Shown one piece after another: positions 1 to 11,645 of a stretch of DNA of 34,397 bases. Made by a program: the position numbers and the translations under genes. Below the pieces are notes generated by a model, which ran no database searches, was not told where the DNA came from, and saw nothing but the letters and a program-made list of their open reading frames with translations. This DNA comes from Nemertoderma westbladi (lineage: Eukaryota; Animalia; Xenacoelomorpha), in assembly GCA_032718475.1 (NCBI GenBank), contig JAUCBJ010002427.1, forward strand, positions 1-34,397. The letters run 5' to 3'. The number at the start of each line of letters is the position of its first letter. The stretch's first letter is position 1.

Positions 1-129
1 TATAGTACTGTAGTAGGCCTACCGGTAGTTAGTACCGGTTCTGGTACCGTACCATTATAAGATATCGATTATTAACTTTTAAATATATTTTAAAATATTC
101 AAAGGAAGTAGGGCTAAAACTGTATAATA

Positions 130-302
130 ATGGTAATAAGAACTAGGAGTAAGGCTCGAAAAGAAGAAGAGGATACACATATTGCGGCATCGAATGAACT
201 ATTATCAGGGGCTCAGGAAAGAAATAGGGGGCCTACTGCTATCAATCATAATGGGAGACCCAATCTACAACCGAATCGTCAACCAAAGCGGACGAGGACA
301 CG
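130..302 (+). CDS. VMP1: VMP1 coding exon 1 (MVIRTRSKARKEEEDTH...QPKRTRT, phase 2)
   Basis: ATG at 130, open frame to the donor CG|GTGAGT at 302/303; the phase-2 end joins exon 2 in frame. This N-terminus is not conserved, so support comes from the splice site and phase. Confidence 0.75.
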
Positions 303-631
303 GTGAGTTTATAATTATAATTTATTCACTTGATTTATTTCAGTTTTTAGCGCCTCTTGCAGCCTGTTGCCGCTTTGGTGTTGGGACTTCTACCTGTCGC
401 TGTTAATGTATAAATGTAGGCCAACATAGGTTTATAGGAACAAAGGATAGGTAAAGAGTTTGTAAAAATAATTATTAGCAAGCTGTAGGCCTACGACATT
501 ACATATATATTACATACATACCGGTATGTCAGTATGTAATGTTGAAATTTTGGAATACAATTTATTTCAATAGAGTTAATATGGTGATGTAGAATTTTTC
601 CAGGGACTGATTCCGATTATGAAACCGTGAT

Positions 632-880
632 TGTGGCGCGAGCCACTAGACTAGGTGATCCTATAAACTAGTCGACCGCCTGTCGTCGTTGGAAATGTTT
701 TAACGCTAATAAGTCAGTCAATCATTGATGTAATGGGACCAAACTTGGTACACATGTAGTTTATAAAAGACTAGAAATTCTACACACAGAGAGACTATAG
801 ATCCTCTCTCTTTAATTCTACTGCTATGCAAAGGCTCATATAAACTTCGTGCTGCGCGAAGTGCAAGTACTCAAGTTCTT
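632..880 (+). mobile_element. Short relic of a Helentron/HINE-like non-autonomous element in intron 1
   Basis: Starts TGTGGCGCGAGCCAC (compare TGTGGGGCGAGCCAC at 16449), has CTGTCGTCGTT, CCAAACTTGGTACACATGT and a 3' hairpin ACTTCG-TGCTGCG-CGAAGT; 691-795 matches the reverse complement of ~26630-26735. Confidence 0.6.
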
Positions 881-1634
881 GTAACTTAATGTCATTCTAA
901 TCCCTTCCTTAGTATTGGAATTTGTACTTTGCAGTGGTAAACCATTTGAACTATATATTTGCTACCGGTACCTTTTCTTTATCTTCTGTGTTTGATTGGT
1001 AACTAATTTAATTACCTTACAGCCTTCCTTATACATTTACACATACTTGTCATATTCATATCAGAACGTAAATGTGATTAGAAATCGTGTGCCACAATAA
1101 TTTTCTACTCGTCAGTTATTTAGCATTCCTATAATATTTTTGTAGTCGGTTTACATAGATTACCAGATGTTAGGGTCTTTATAGGACTTTTTAGTTCGGT
1201 ATTATGTTCATTCTACCCTTGCCATTTTCCATTCTTCCAACTCCATACAGACTCTGGGTCATAAATATGAATCACTTTCACTTTAGTTAAACGGAATACA
1301 CTAGTTCAGTAAGTAAATTAGCTTATTTATATGTATTATTAATATATAAACCCTAAACGGGAATTTTACACTAGTGCACAGCACGCACCCCAACCCTAAC
1401 AAAAAGTTCATTTAACAAATAATTACCCCAAACCCCTAAGGTCATCCTATTTTTTGGTTACTAACTTCAAATTGTCGAAACGTTTGTAAACATTACTATA
1501 TAACGTTATATATTATATCATTGTTTATTTTAATACAGGTTTGGGTTTTTAAAGACATGAAAGTATCTCTATAGTCTCCAATGTTAACCATAAAAATAGA
1601 GTTAATAAATTAATTTTGTTCTAGAGTAAATTGG

Positions 1635-2877
1635 CCTACTTCCGTTTATTTAGATTTCGTCTCCCTACTTCCGTTTATTTAGATTACGTCTCCCTACTTC
1701 CGTTTATTTAGATTACGTCTCCCTGCTTCCGTTTATTTAGATTACGTCTCCCTACTTCCGTTTATATAGATTACGTCTCCCTACTTCCGTTAATATAGAT
1801 TGCGTCTCCCAACTTCCGTTTATTTGGATCACGTCTCCCTTCTTCCGTTTATTTAGATTACGTCTCCCTGCTTCCGTTTATTTAGATTACATCTCCCTAC
1901 TTCCGTTTATTTAGATTACGTCTCCCTACTTCCGTTTATTTAGATTACGTCTCCCTACTTCCGTTTATTTAGATTACGTCTCCCTACTTCCGTTTATTTA
2001 GATTACGTCTCCCTACTTCCGTTTATTTAGATTACGTCTCCCTGCTTCCGTTTATTTAGATTACGTCTCCCTACTTCCGTTTATTTAGATTACGTCTCCT
2101 TACTTCCGTTTATTTAGATTACGTCTCCCTACTTCCGTTTATTTAGATTACGTCTCCCTGCTTCCGTTTATTTAGATTACGTCTCCCTACTTCCGTTTAT
2201 TTAGATTACGTCTCCTTACTTCCGTTTATTTAGATTACGTCTCCCTACTTCCGTTTATTTAGATTACGTCTCCCTGCTCCCGTTTATTTAGATTACGTCT
2301 CCCTAGTTCCGTTTATTTAGATTACGTCTCCCTACTTCCGTTTATTTAGATTACGTCTCCCTACTTCCGTTTATTTAGATTACGTCTCCCTAATTCCGTT
2401 TATTTAGATTACGTCTCCCTACTTCCGTTTATTTAGATTACGTCTCCTTACTTCCGTTTATTTAGATTACGTCTCCCTACTTCCGTTTATTTAGATTACG
2501 TCTCCCTACTTCCGTTTATTTAGATTACGTCTCCTTACTTCCGTTTATTTAGATTACGTCTCCCTACTTCCGTTTATTTAGATTACGTCTCCCTACTTCC
2601 GTTTATTTAGATTACGTCTCCCTACTTCCGTTTATTTAGATTACGTCTCCCTACTTCCGTTTATTTAGATTACGTCTCCCTACTTCCGTTTATTTAGATT
2701 ACGTCTCCCTACTTCCGTTTATTTAGATTACGTCTCCCTAATTCCGTTTATTTAGATTACGTCTCCCTACTTCCGTTTATTTAGATTACGTCTCTTTACT
2801 TCCGTTTATTTAGATTACGTCTCCCTGCTTCCGTTTATTTAGATTACGTCTCCTTACTTCCGTTTATTTAGATTACG
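1635..2877 (+). repeat. 29-bp minisatellite, ~43 copies (CCTACTTCCGTTTATTTAGATTACGTCTC), containing the exon-2 splice acceptor
   Basis: Period 29 read directly (1635, 1664...); the last copy runs straight into exon 2. Confidence 0.97.
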
Positions 2878-3022
2878 CTCCCGCTCACTCCCACGCCCCA
2901 TGGATGAGTTCTCTAATCTGGTTTTATGGCGCCAACCGGTAACGGTTTTGGGTAACTTTTGCTGCGAGCTGATGTTTCTTACCGCTGATGCCTTATATTC
3001 TCTCTCCCGACATCGGCGAAAG
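2872..3022 (+). CDS. VMP1: VMP1 coding exon 2 (LRSRSLPRPMDEFSNLVLWRQPVTVLGNFCCELMF...HRRK)
   Basis: Acceptor TTTATTTAG|A at 2871/2872, donor AAG|GTCGGT at 3022/3023; encodes the conserved VMP1 VLWRQP motif. Not in the ORF track. Confidence 0.9.
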
Positions 3023-3185
3023 GTCGGTTTGTTTATATGTTAATATCAGCTGTTTTTTCAACTATTCATTGAGAGTGGGTTAAATTTTAGAGTCCAATGG
3101 AGTTAGTTTATATAACTCGGGAAATTTTCATACCACAATGTAATTTGTTCCTATTTCTAAACTCTAATCGTTTGTTTATTTATAG

Positions 3186-3512
3186 ATGGGATTGTTTATA
3201 TCTCTTGTTGCCATAGCGACCATTGCTTACCTAGTGGACGGTTGGCACCAATCCTGGGTTGCAACCACTGAGCGTTACATTTTATGGTGCTGCTATTGGA
3301 TTGGTCTGGGTATTCTCTCCTCTGTTGGTTTCGGGACCGGCCTTCACACCTTCCTTCTGTATCTGGGACCTCACATCGCCTCCGTAACTCTTGCAGCTTT
3401 TGAGTGTATCTCGGTAGACTTCCCTTCCCCTCCATACCCGGATGAAATTGTCTGTCCATACGAAGGGGCGAAATCATCTGCCTCCATATCATTGTGGCAG
3501 GTAATGAGTAAG
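3186..3512 (+). CDS. VMP1: VMP1 coding exon 3
   Basis: TTTATAG|ATG acceptor, AAG|GTAAGT donor; encodes [38 protein letters not shown]...[10 protein letters not shown], the hallmark VMP1/TMEM49 segment. Confidence 0.97.
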
Positions 3513-3854
3513 GTAAGTCAGGAAATAGTTTCAGTTCACATTAAAGTAAATTATATCCACAGCTATATAGTAAAGTCCCTTTACCAATTCATATGCGACT
3601 AGAGTGTCTCCTGTGTGAATAAATTATATGTATTTTTTTCTGCTAATATTGTATTTGCATTTGGCATGGTATTCCGTTCTCTTCTTAACTTTAACACGGG
3701 ATTACCAGGGTAATGGACTAATAGTTTGTAAGCATGAAACCAAGACCGGCTTCCATGTAGCACTTGGATCAGAACTAATATAAACCACCGTACCAGTACT
3801 GTACTGTAAGTATAATATTAACAAGAACGGCATTGAGACTATTTTTTATTTCAG

Positions 3855-3942
3855 GTTCGTGTAGAATCTTTTATGTGGGGCGCAGGAACTGCAATAGGCG
3901 AATTACCTCCATACTTTATGGCGCGGGCTGCCAGACTATCAG
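3855..3942 (+). CDS. VMP1: VMP1 coding exon 4 ([30 protein letters not shown])
   Basis: TTTCAG|GTT acceptor, CAG|GTAAG donor at 3942/3943; encodes the conserved [23 protein letters not shown] of the VTT/DedA domain. Confidence 0.97.
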
Positions 3943-4207
3943 GTAAGAATTACCTCCATACTTTATGGCGCGGGCTGCCATACTATCAGGTAAGAATTAC
4001 CTCCATACTTTATGGCGCGGGCTGCCAGACTATCAGGTAAGAATTACCTCCATACTTTATGGCGCGGGCTGCCATACTATCAGGTAAGAATTACCTCCAT
4101 ACTTTATGGCACGGGCTGCCAGACTATCAGGTAAGAATTACCTCCATACTTTATGGCACGGGCTGCCATACTATCAGGTAAGAATTACCTCCATACTTTA
4201 TGGCACG
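3900..4207 (+). repeat. 47-bp tandem repeat, ~6.5 copies, of the exon-4 3' end plus donor
   Basis: Units start at 3900, 3947, 3994, 4041, 4088, 4135 and 4182 (partial); CAG|GTAAG at 3943, 3990, 4037, 4084, 4131 and 4178. Confidence 0.97.
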
Positions 4208-4844
4208 TGCCTATGCCTACACGCGGAACGGAACCGTAATAATAAGAAAATCTGAATGGCAAGCACCTACAGTCCTACTTAATACTGCCCGACTTGAGGA
4301 ATTGAAGCTAGGATCCGTAACCCGTCATAATGGTAATTCGATGTTGGTACAATACTGCAATAAGAAACTTGTCAAAATTTGTTATTATATCCAGACCAGA
4401 ATAACGGCAGTCCGCAGTATAGTACATATATTGTGTATACTGTATCACTGCCGACAATTTTATTTTATTTTATAATATTATACTCAGGATAACGTAAAAT
4501 GAACAAATCGATTAGCTCTCTCAGTTATAATTTTGTGAACTAATAAGTACTTAACTAATTATTGTATATTTTTTAAATAACGCAAGAGGTTGTAATTATT
4601 TTCAAGAAATTATTATAGTCAGGATAACGTCAAATAAACTAATTCTGCAATACCTGTATAGACTCGTATAAGAAACTCTATAAAATATTATATTTCCATA
4701 TATTGGTACAGTGCACTTCCAGTAATAATATATTATATTTCCATATATTGGTACATCCAGCATACATCCATATATCGGCACTTCCAGGAATAATATTATT
4801 TGCAAGTACAAGTAAGTACATTATTATATAACTATTGTATAACT

Positions 4845-7800
4845 CCCCGCTTTACACCCCTTCCCGGATCCAATAAAACTTGGTAATTAACTTGAATCCG
4901 CGTTTTACACCCCTTCCCGGATCCAATAAAACTTGGTAATTAACTTGAATCCGCGCTTTACACCCCTTCCCGGATCCAATAAAACTTTGTAATTAACTTG
5001 AATCCGCGTTTTACACCCCTTCCCGGATCCAATAAAACTTGGTAATTAACTTGAATCCGCGTTTTACACCCCTTCCCAGATCCAGAAACACTTTGTAATT
5101 AACTTGAATCCGCGTTTTACACCCCTTCCCGGATCCATTAAAACTTGGTAATTAACTTGAATCCGCGTTTTACACCCCTTCCCGGATCCAGTAAAACTTG
5201 GTAATTAACTTGAATCCGCGTTTTACACCCCTTCCCGGATCCATTAAAACTTGGTAATTAACTTGAATCCGCGTTTTACACCCCTTCCCGGATCCAGTAA
5301 AACTTGGTAATTAACTTGAATCCGCGTTTTACACCCCTTCCCGGATCCATTAAAACTTGGTAATTAACTTGAATCCGCGATCCGCGTTTTACACCCCTTC
5401 CCGGATCCATTAAAACTTGGTAATTAACTTGAATCCGCGTTTTACACCCCTTCCCGGATCCAATAAAACTTGGTAATTAACTTGAATCCGCGTTTTACAC
5501 CCCTTCCCGGATCCAATAAAACTTGGTAATTAACTTGAATCCACGTTTTACACCCCTTCCCGGATCCATTAAAACTTGGTAATTAACTTGAATCCGCGTT
5601 TTACACCCCTTCCCGGATCCATTAAAACTTGGTAATTAACTTGAATCCGCGTTTTACACCCCTTCCCGGATCCATTAAAACTTGGTAATTAACTTGAATC
5701 CGCGCTTTACACCCCTTCCCGGATCCAATAAAACTTTGTAATTAACTTGAATCCGCGTTTTACACCGCTTCCCGGATCCAATAAAACTTGGTAATTAACT
5801 GGAATCCGCGTTTTACACCCCTTCCCAGATCCAGAAACACTTTGTAATTAACTTGAATCCGCGTTTTACACCCCTTCCCGGATCCATTAAAACTTGGTAA
5901 TTAACTTGAATCCGCGTTTTACACCCCTTCCCGGATCCATTAAAACTTGGTAATTAACCTGAATCCGCGATCCGCGTTTTACACCCCTTCCCGGATCCAT
6001 TAAAACTTGGTAATTAACTTGAATCCGCGTTTTACACCCCTTCCCGGATCCAATAAAACTTGGTAATTAACTTGAATCCGCGTTTTACACCCCTTCCCGG
6101 ATCCAATAAAACTTGGTAATTAACTTGAATCCACGTTTTACACCCCTTCCCGGATCCATTAAAACTTGGTAATTAACTTGAATCCGCGTTTTACACCCCT
6201 TCCCGGATCCATTAAAACTTGGTAATTAACTTGAATCCGCGTTTTACACCCCTTCCCGGATCCATTAAAACTTGGTAATTAACTTGAATCCGCGTTTTAC
6301 ACCCCTTCCCGGATCCATTAAAACTTGGTAATTAACTTGAATCCGCGTTTTACACCCCTTCCCGGATCCATTAAAACTTGGTAATTAACTTGAATCCGCG
6401 TTTTACACCCCTTCCCGGATCCATTAAAACTTGGTAATTAACTTGAATCCTCGTTTTACACCCCTTCCCGGATCCAATAAAACTTGGTAATTAACTTGAA
6501 TCCGCGTTTTACACCCCTTCCCGGATCCATTAAAACTTGGTAATTAACTTGAATCCGCGTTTTACACCCCTTCCCGGATCCAATAAAACTTGGTAATTAA
6601 CTTGAATCCGCGTTTTACACCCCTTCCCGGATCCATTAAAACTTGGTAATTAACTTGAATCCGCGTTTTACACCCCTTCCCGGATCCATTAAAACTTGGT
6701 GATTAACTTGAATCCGCGTTTATACCCCTTCCCGGATCCAATAAAACTTAGTAATTAACTTGAATCCGCGTTTTACACCCCTTCCCGGATCCAATAAAAC
6801 TTAGTAATTAACTTGAATCCGCGTTTTACACCCCTTCCCGGATCCATTAAAACTTGGTAATTAACTTGAATCCGCGTTTTACACCCCTTCCCGGATCCAT
6901 TAAAACTTGGTAACTAACTTGAATCCGCGTTTTACACCCCTTCCCGGATCCAATAAAACTTGGTAATTAACTTGAATCCGCGTTTTACACCCCTTCCCGG
7001 ATCCAATAAAACTTAGTAATTAACTTGAATCCGCGTTTTACACCCCTTCCCGGATCCATTAAAACTTGGTAATTAACTTGAATCCGCGTTTTACACCCCT
7101 TCCCAGATCCAGAAACACTTTGTAATTAACTTGAATCCGCGTTTTACACCCCTTCCCGGATCCAATAAAACTTGGTAATTAACTTGACTCCACGTTTTAC
7201 ACCACTTTCCGGGTCCAATAAAACTTGGTAATTAACTTGAATCCGCGTTTTACACCCCTTCCCAGATCCAGAAACACTTTGTAATTAACTTGAATCCGCG
7301 TTTTACACCCCTTCCCGGATCCAATAAAACTTGGTAATTAACTTGACTCCACGTTTTACACCACTTTCCGGGTCCAATAAAACTTGGTAATTAACTTGAA
7401 TCCGCGTTTTACACCCCTTCCAGATCCAGAAACACTTTGTAATTAACTTGAATCCGCGTTTTACACCCCTTCCCGGGTCCAATAAAACTTAGTAATTAAC
7501 TTGAATCCGCGTTTTACACCCCTTCCCGGATCCAGAAACACTTTGTATTTAACTTGAATCCGCGTTTTACACCCCTTCCCGGATCCATTAAAACTTGGTA
7601 ATTAACTTGAATCCGCGTTTTACACCCCTTCCCAGATCCAGAAACACTTTGTAATTAACTTGAATCCGCGTTTTACACCCCTTCCCAGATCCAGAAACAC
7701 TTTGTAATTAACTTGAATCCGCGTTTTACACCCCTTCCCGGATCCAATAAAACTTGGTAATTAACTTGAATCCGCGTTTTACACCCCTTCCCAGATCCAG

Positions 7801-10800
7801 AAACACTTTGTAATTAACTTGAATCCGCGTTTTACACCCCTTCCCGGATCCAATAAAACTTGGTAATTAACTTGACTCCACGTTTTACACCACTTTCCGG
7901 GTCCAATAAAACTTGGTAATTAACTTGAATCCGCGTTTTACACCCCTTCCAGATCCAGAAACACTTTGTAATTAACTTGAATCCGCGTTTTACACCCCTT
8001 CCCGGATCCAATAAAACTTAGTAATTAACTTGAATCCGCGTTTTACACCCCTTCCCGGATCCAGAAACACTTTGTAATTAACTTGAATCCGCGTTTTACA
8101 CCCCTTCCCGGATCCAATAAAACTTGGTAATTAACTTGAATCCACGTTTTACACCAATTCCCGGGTCCAATAAAACTTAGCAATTAACTTGAATCCGCGT
8201 TTTACACCCCTTCCCGGATCCAGAAACACTTTGTAATTAACTTGAATCCGCGTTTTACACCCCTTCCCGGATCCAGAAACACTTTGTAATTAACTTGAAT
8301 CCGCGTTTTACACCCCTTCCCGGATCCAATAAAACTTAGCAATTAACTTGAATCCGCGTTTTACACCCCTTTCCGGATCCAGAAACACTTTGTAATTAAC
8401 TTGAATCTGCGTTTTACACCCCTTCCCGGATCCAATAAAACTTGGTAATTAACATGAATCCACGTTTTACACCCCTTCCCAGATCCAGAAACACTTTGTA
8501 ATTAACTTGAATCCGCGTTTTACACCCCTTCCCGGATCCAGAAACACTTTGTAATTAACTTGAATCCGCGTTTTACACCCCTTCCCGGATCCAATAAAAC
8601 TTGGTAATTAACTTGCATCCCAATTAACTTGAATCCGCGTTTTACACCCCTTCCCGGATCCAGAAACACTTTGTAATTAACTTGAATCCGCGTTTTACAC
8701 CCCTTCCCGGATCCAATAAAACTTAGTAATTAACTTGAATCCGCGTTTTACACCCCTTCCCGGATCCATTAAAACTTGGTAATTAACTTGAATCCGCGTT
8801 TTACACCCCTTCCCGGATCCATTAAAACTTGGTAACTAACTTGAATCCGCGTTTTACACCCCTTCCCGGATCCAATAAAACTTGGTAATTAACTTGAATC
8901 CGCGTTTTACACCCCTTCCCGGATCCAATAAAACTTAGTAATTAACTTGAATCCGCGTTTTACACCCCTTCCCGGATCCATTAAAACTTGGTAATTAACT
9001 TGAATCCGCGTTTTACACCCCTTCCCAGATCCAGAAACACTTTGTAATTAACTTGAATCCGCGTTTTACACCCCTTCCCGGATCCAATAAAACTTGGTAA
9101 TTAACTTGACTCCACGTTTTACACCACTTTCCGGGTCCAATAAAACTTGGTAATTAACTTGAATCCGCGTTTTACACCCCTTCCCAGATCCAGAAACACT
9201 TTGTAATTAACTTGAATCCGCGTTTTACACCCCTTCCCGGATCCAATAAAACTTGGTAATTAACTTGACTCCACGTTTTACACCACTTTCCGGGTCCAAT
9301 AAAACTTGGTAATTAACTTGAATCCGCGTTTTACACCCCTTCCAGATCCAGAAACACTTTGTAATTAACTTGAATCCGCGTTTTACACCCCTTCCCGGGT
9401 CCAATAAAACTTAGTAATTAACTTGAATCCGCGTTTTACACCCCTTCCCGGATCCAGAAACACTTTGTATTTAACTTGAATCCGCGTTTTACACCCCTTC
9501 CCGGATCCATTAAAACTTGGTAATTAACTTGAATCCGCGTTTTACACCCCTTCCCAGATCCAGAAACACTTTGTAATTAACTTGAATCCGCGTTTTACAC
9601 CCCTTCCCAGATCCAGAAACACTTTGTAATTAACTTGAATCCGCGTTTTACACCCCTTCCCGGATCCAATAAAACTTGGTAATTAACTTGAATCCGCGTT
9701 TTACACCCCTTCCCAGATCCAGAAACACTTTGTAATTAACTTGAATCCGCGTTTTACACCCCTTCCCGGATCCAATAAAACTTGGTAATTAACTTGACTC
9801 CACGTTTTACACCACTTTCCGGGTCCAATAAAACTTGGTAATTAACTTGAATCCGCGTTTTACACCCCTTCCAGATCCAGAAACACTTTGTAATTAACTT
9901 GAATCCGCGTTTTACACCCCTTCCCGGATCCAATAAAACTTAGTAATTAACTTGAATCCGCGTTTTACACCCCTTCCCGGATCCAGAAACACTTTGTAAT
10001 TAACTTGAATCCGCGTTTTACACCCCTTCCCGGATCCAATAAAACTTGGTAATTAACTTGAATCCACGTTTTACACCAATTCCCGGGTCCAATAAAACTT
10101 AGCAATTAACTTGAATCCGCGTTTTACACCCCTTCCCGGATCCAGAAACACTTTGTAATTAACTTGAATCCGCGTTTTACACCCCTTCCCGGATCCAGAA
10201 ACACTTTGTAATTAACTTGAATCCGCGTTTTACACCCCTTCCCGGATCCAATAAAACTTGGTAATTAACTTGAATCCGCGTTTTACACCCCTTCCCGGAT
10301 CCAATAAAACTTAGCAATTAACTTGAATCCGCGTTTTACACCCCTTTCCGGATCCAGAAACACTTTGTAATTAACTTGAATCTGCGTTTTACACCCCTTC
10401 CCGGATCCAATAAAACTTGGTAATTAACATGAATCCACGTTTTACACCCCTTCCCAGATCCAGAAACACTTTGTAATTAACTTGAATCCGCGTTTTACAC
10501 CCCTTCCCGGATCCAGGAACACTTTGTAATTAACTTGAATCCGCGTTTTACACCCCTTCCCGGATCCAATAAAACTTGGTAATTAACTTGCATCCCAATT
10601 AACTTGAATCCGCGTTTTACACCCCTTCCCGGATCCAGAAACACTTTGTAATTAACTTGAATCCGCGTTTTACACCCCTTCCCGGATCCAATAAAACTTG
10701 GTAATTAACATAAATCCACGTTTTACACCCCTTCCCTGATCCAGAAACACTTTGTAATTAACTTAAATCCGCGTTTTACACCCCTTCCCGGATCCAGAAA

Positions 10801-11232
10801 CACTTTGTAATTAACATGAATCCGCGTTTTACACCCCTTCCCGGATCCAATAAAACTTGGTAATTAACTTGAATCCGCGTTTTACACCACTTAAGGATCC
10901 AATAAAACTTGGTAATTAACTTGAATCCACGTTTTACACCACTTCCCGGATCCAATAAAACTTAGTAATTAACTTGAATCCGCGTTTTACACCCCTTCCC
11001 GGATCCAGTAACAAACTCTGTAATTAACGTAAATCCGTGTTTTACACTCCATCCTGGATTCACAAAATATATGAATCCGCGTTTTTCACTGCAATACGGA
11101 TTGCGTATTTCAGAATCCGCATATTACACTCAGTTACGGATTGTATGTAAATCCGGATCCGCCTTTTACACTCGCAAAGAACACTGATCCGTATCCGGAT
11201 CCTGAATCCGGATCCGCGTTTTACACCTACCC
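4845..11232 (+). repeat. 53-bp satellite array, ~117 well-conserved copies plus degenerate 3' monomers
   Basis: Consensus AATCCGCGTTTTACACCCCTTCCCGGATCCAATAAAACTTGGTAATTAACTTG, period 53 (4861 to 4914), BamHI site in most units; degenerates after ~11030. Confidence 0.97.
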
Positions 11233-11313
11233 CAACCCCTTATTATATACTGTGTCGATAATCATAATTTTACTGTAGAATATTAAATGGTATTTATTGG
11301 TCAGTCAGTCAGT

Positions 11314-11533
11314 TGATACGATATCAATCTAAATGATTTAAAGTGAGCGAGAGGGAAATTCAAACTGATGAATTATATAATTATATAATTATAATACTTG
11401 TCTTAGGGAGATAGGTGGCGGGTCGTACTACCGGTATATAACTGTCAGTGCCAGTCAGTATGCTCTATCTGTCAGTGGAAATAATAATTAATTATCATGC
11501 AGAGTATTTGCTTTTATATTTATCAACACATCA
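11314..11533 (+). repeat. 5' LTR, 220 bp
   Basis: TGATACGATATC...CAACACATCA; matches 16112-16197 joined to 29144-29277. Confidence 0.95.
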
Positions 11534-11645
11534 TGGCGCAGTAGTGTATTGCTAAACCACTAGGCTGTGGGCCTTGGAAATATCGGAACCTTAGAATTAT
11601 TCGGACAATACTGCAATACATCATTTGCTTAATTCGAAAACCACA

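Noticed and set aside
182-406. 74-aa ORF from the track
   Set aside because: Non-ATG start, a different frame from exon 1, and it reads through the donor into intron.
604-670. Candidate exon 2 after TTTTTCCAG with an LWREPL-like reading
   Set aside because: The phase-compatible frame stops immediately and the motif is the HINE-like head; the real VLWRQP exon is 2872-3022.
3501-3512. Alternative in-frame donor CAG|GTAATG
   Set aside because: It would delete VMSK, which aligns with the conserved SK-VR junction; 3513 is a full GTAAGT consensus. Minor use is not excluded.
4690-4800. Short imperfect repeats (TATTTCCATATATTGGTACA) and the overlapping minus-strand ORF
   Set aside because: Only 2-3 degenerate copies; the ORF is a low-complexity by-product.
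4845-11030. CRISPR-like conserved/variable alternation in the 53-bp array
   Set aside because: The variable part has only a few recurring alleles rather than unique spacers; no cas genes; spliceosomal eukaryotic context.
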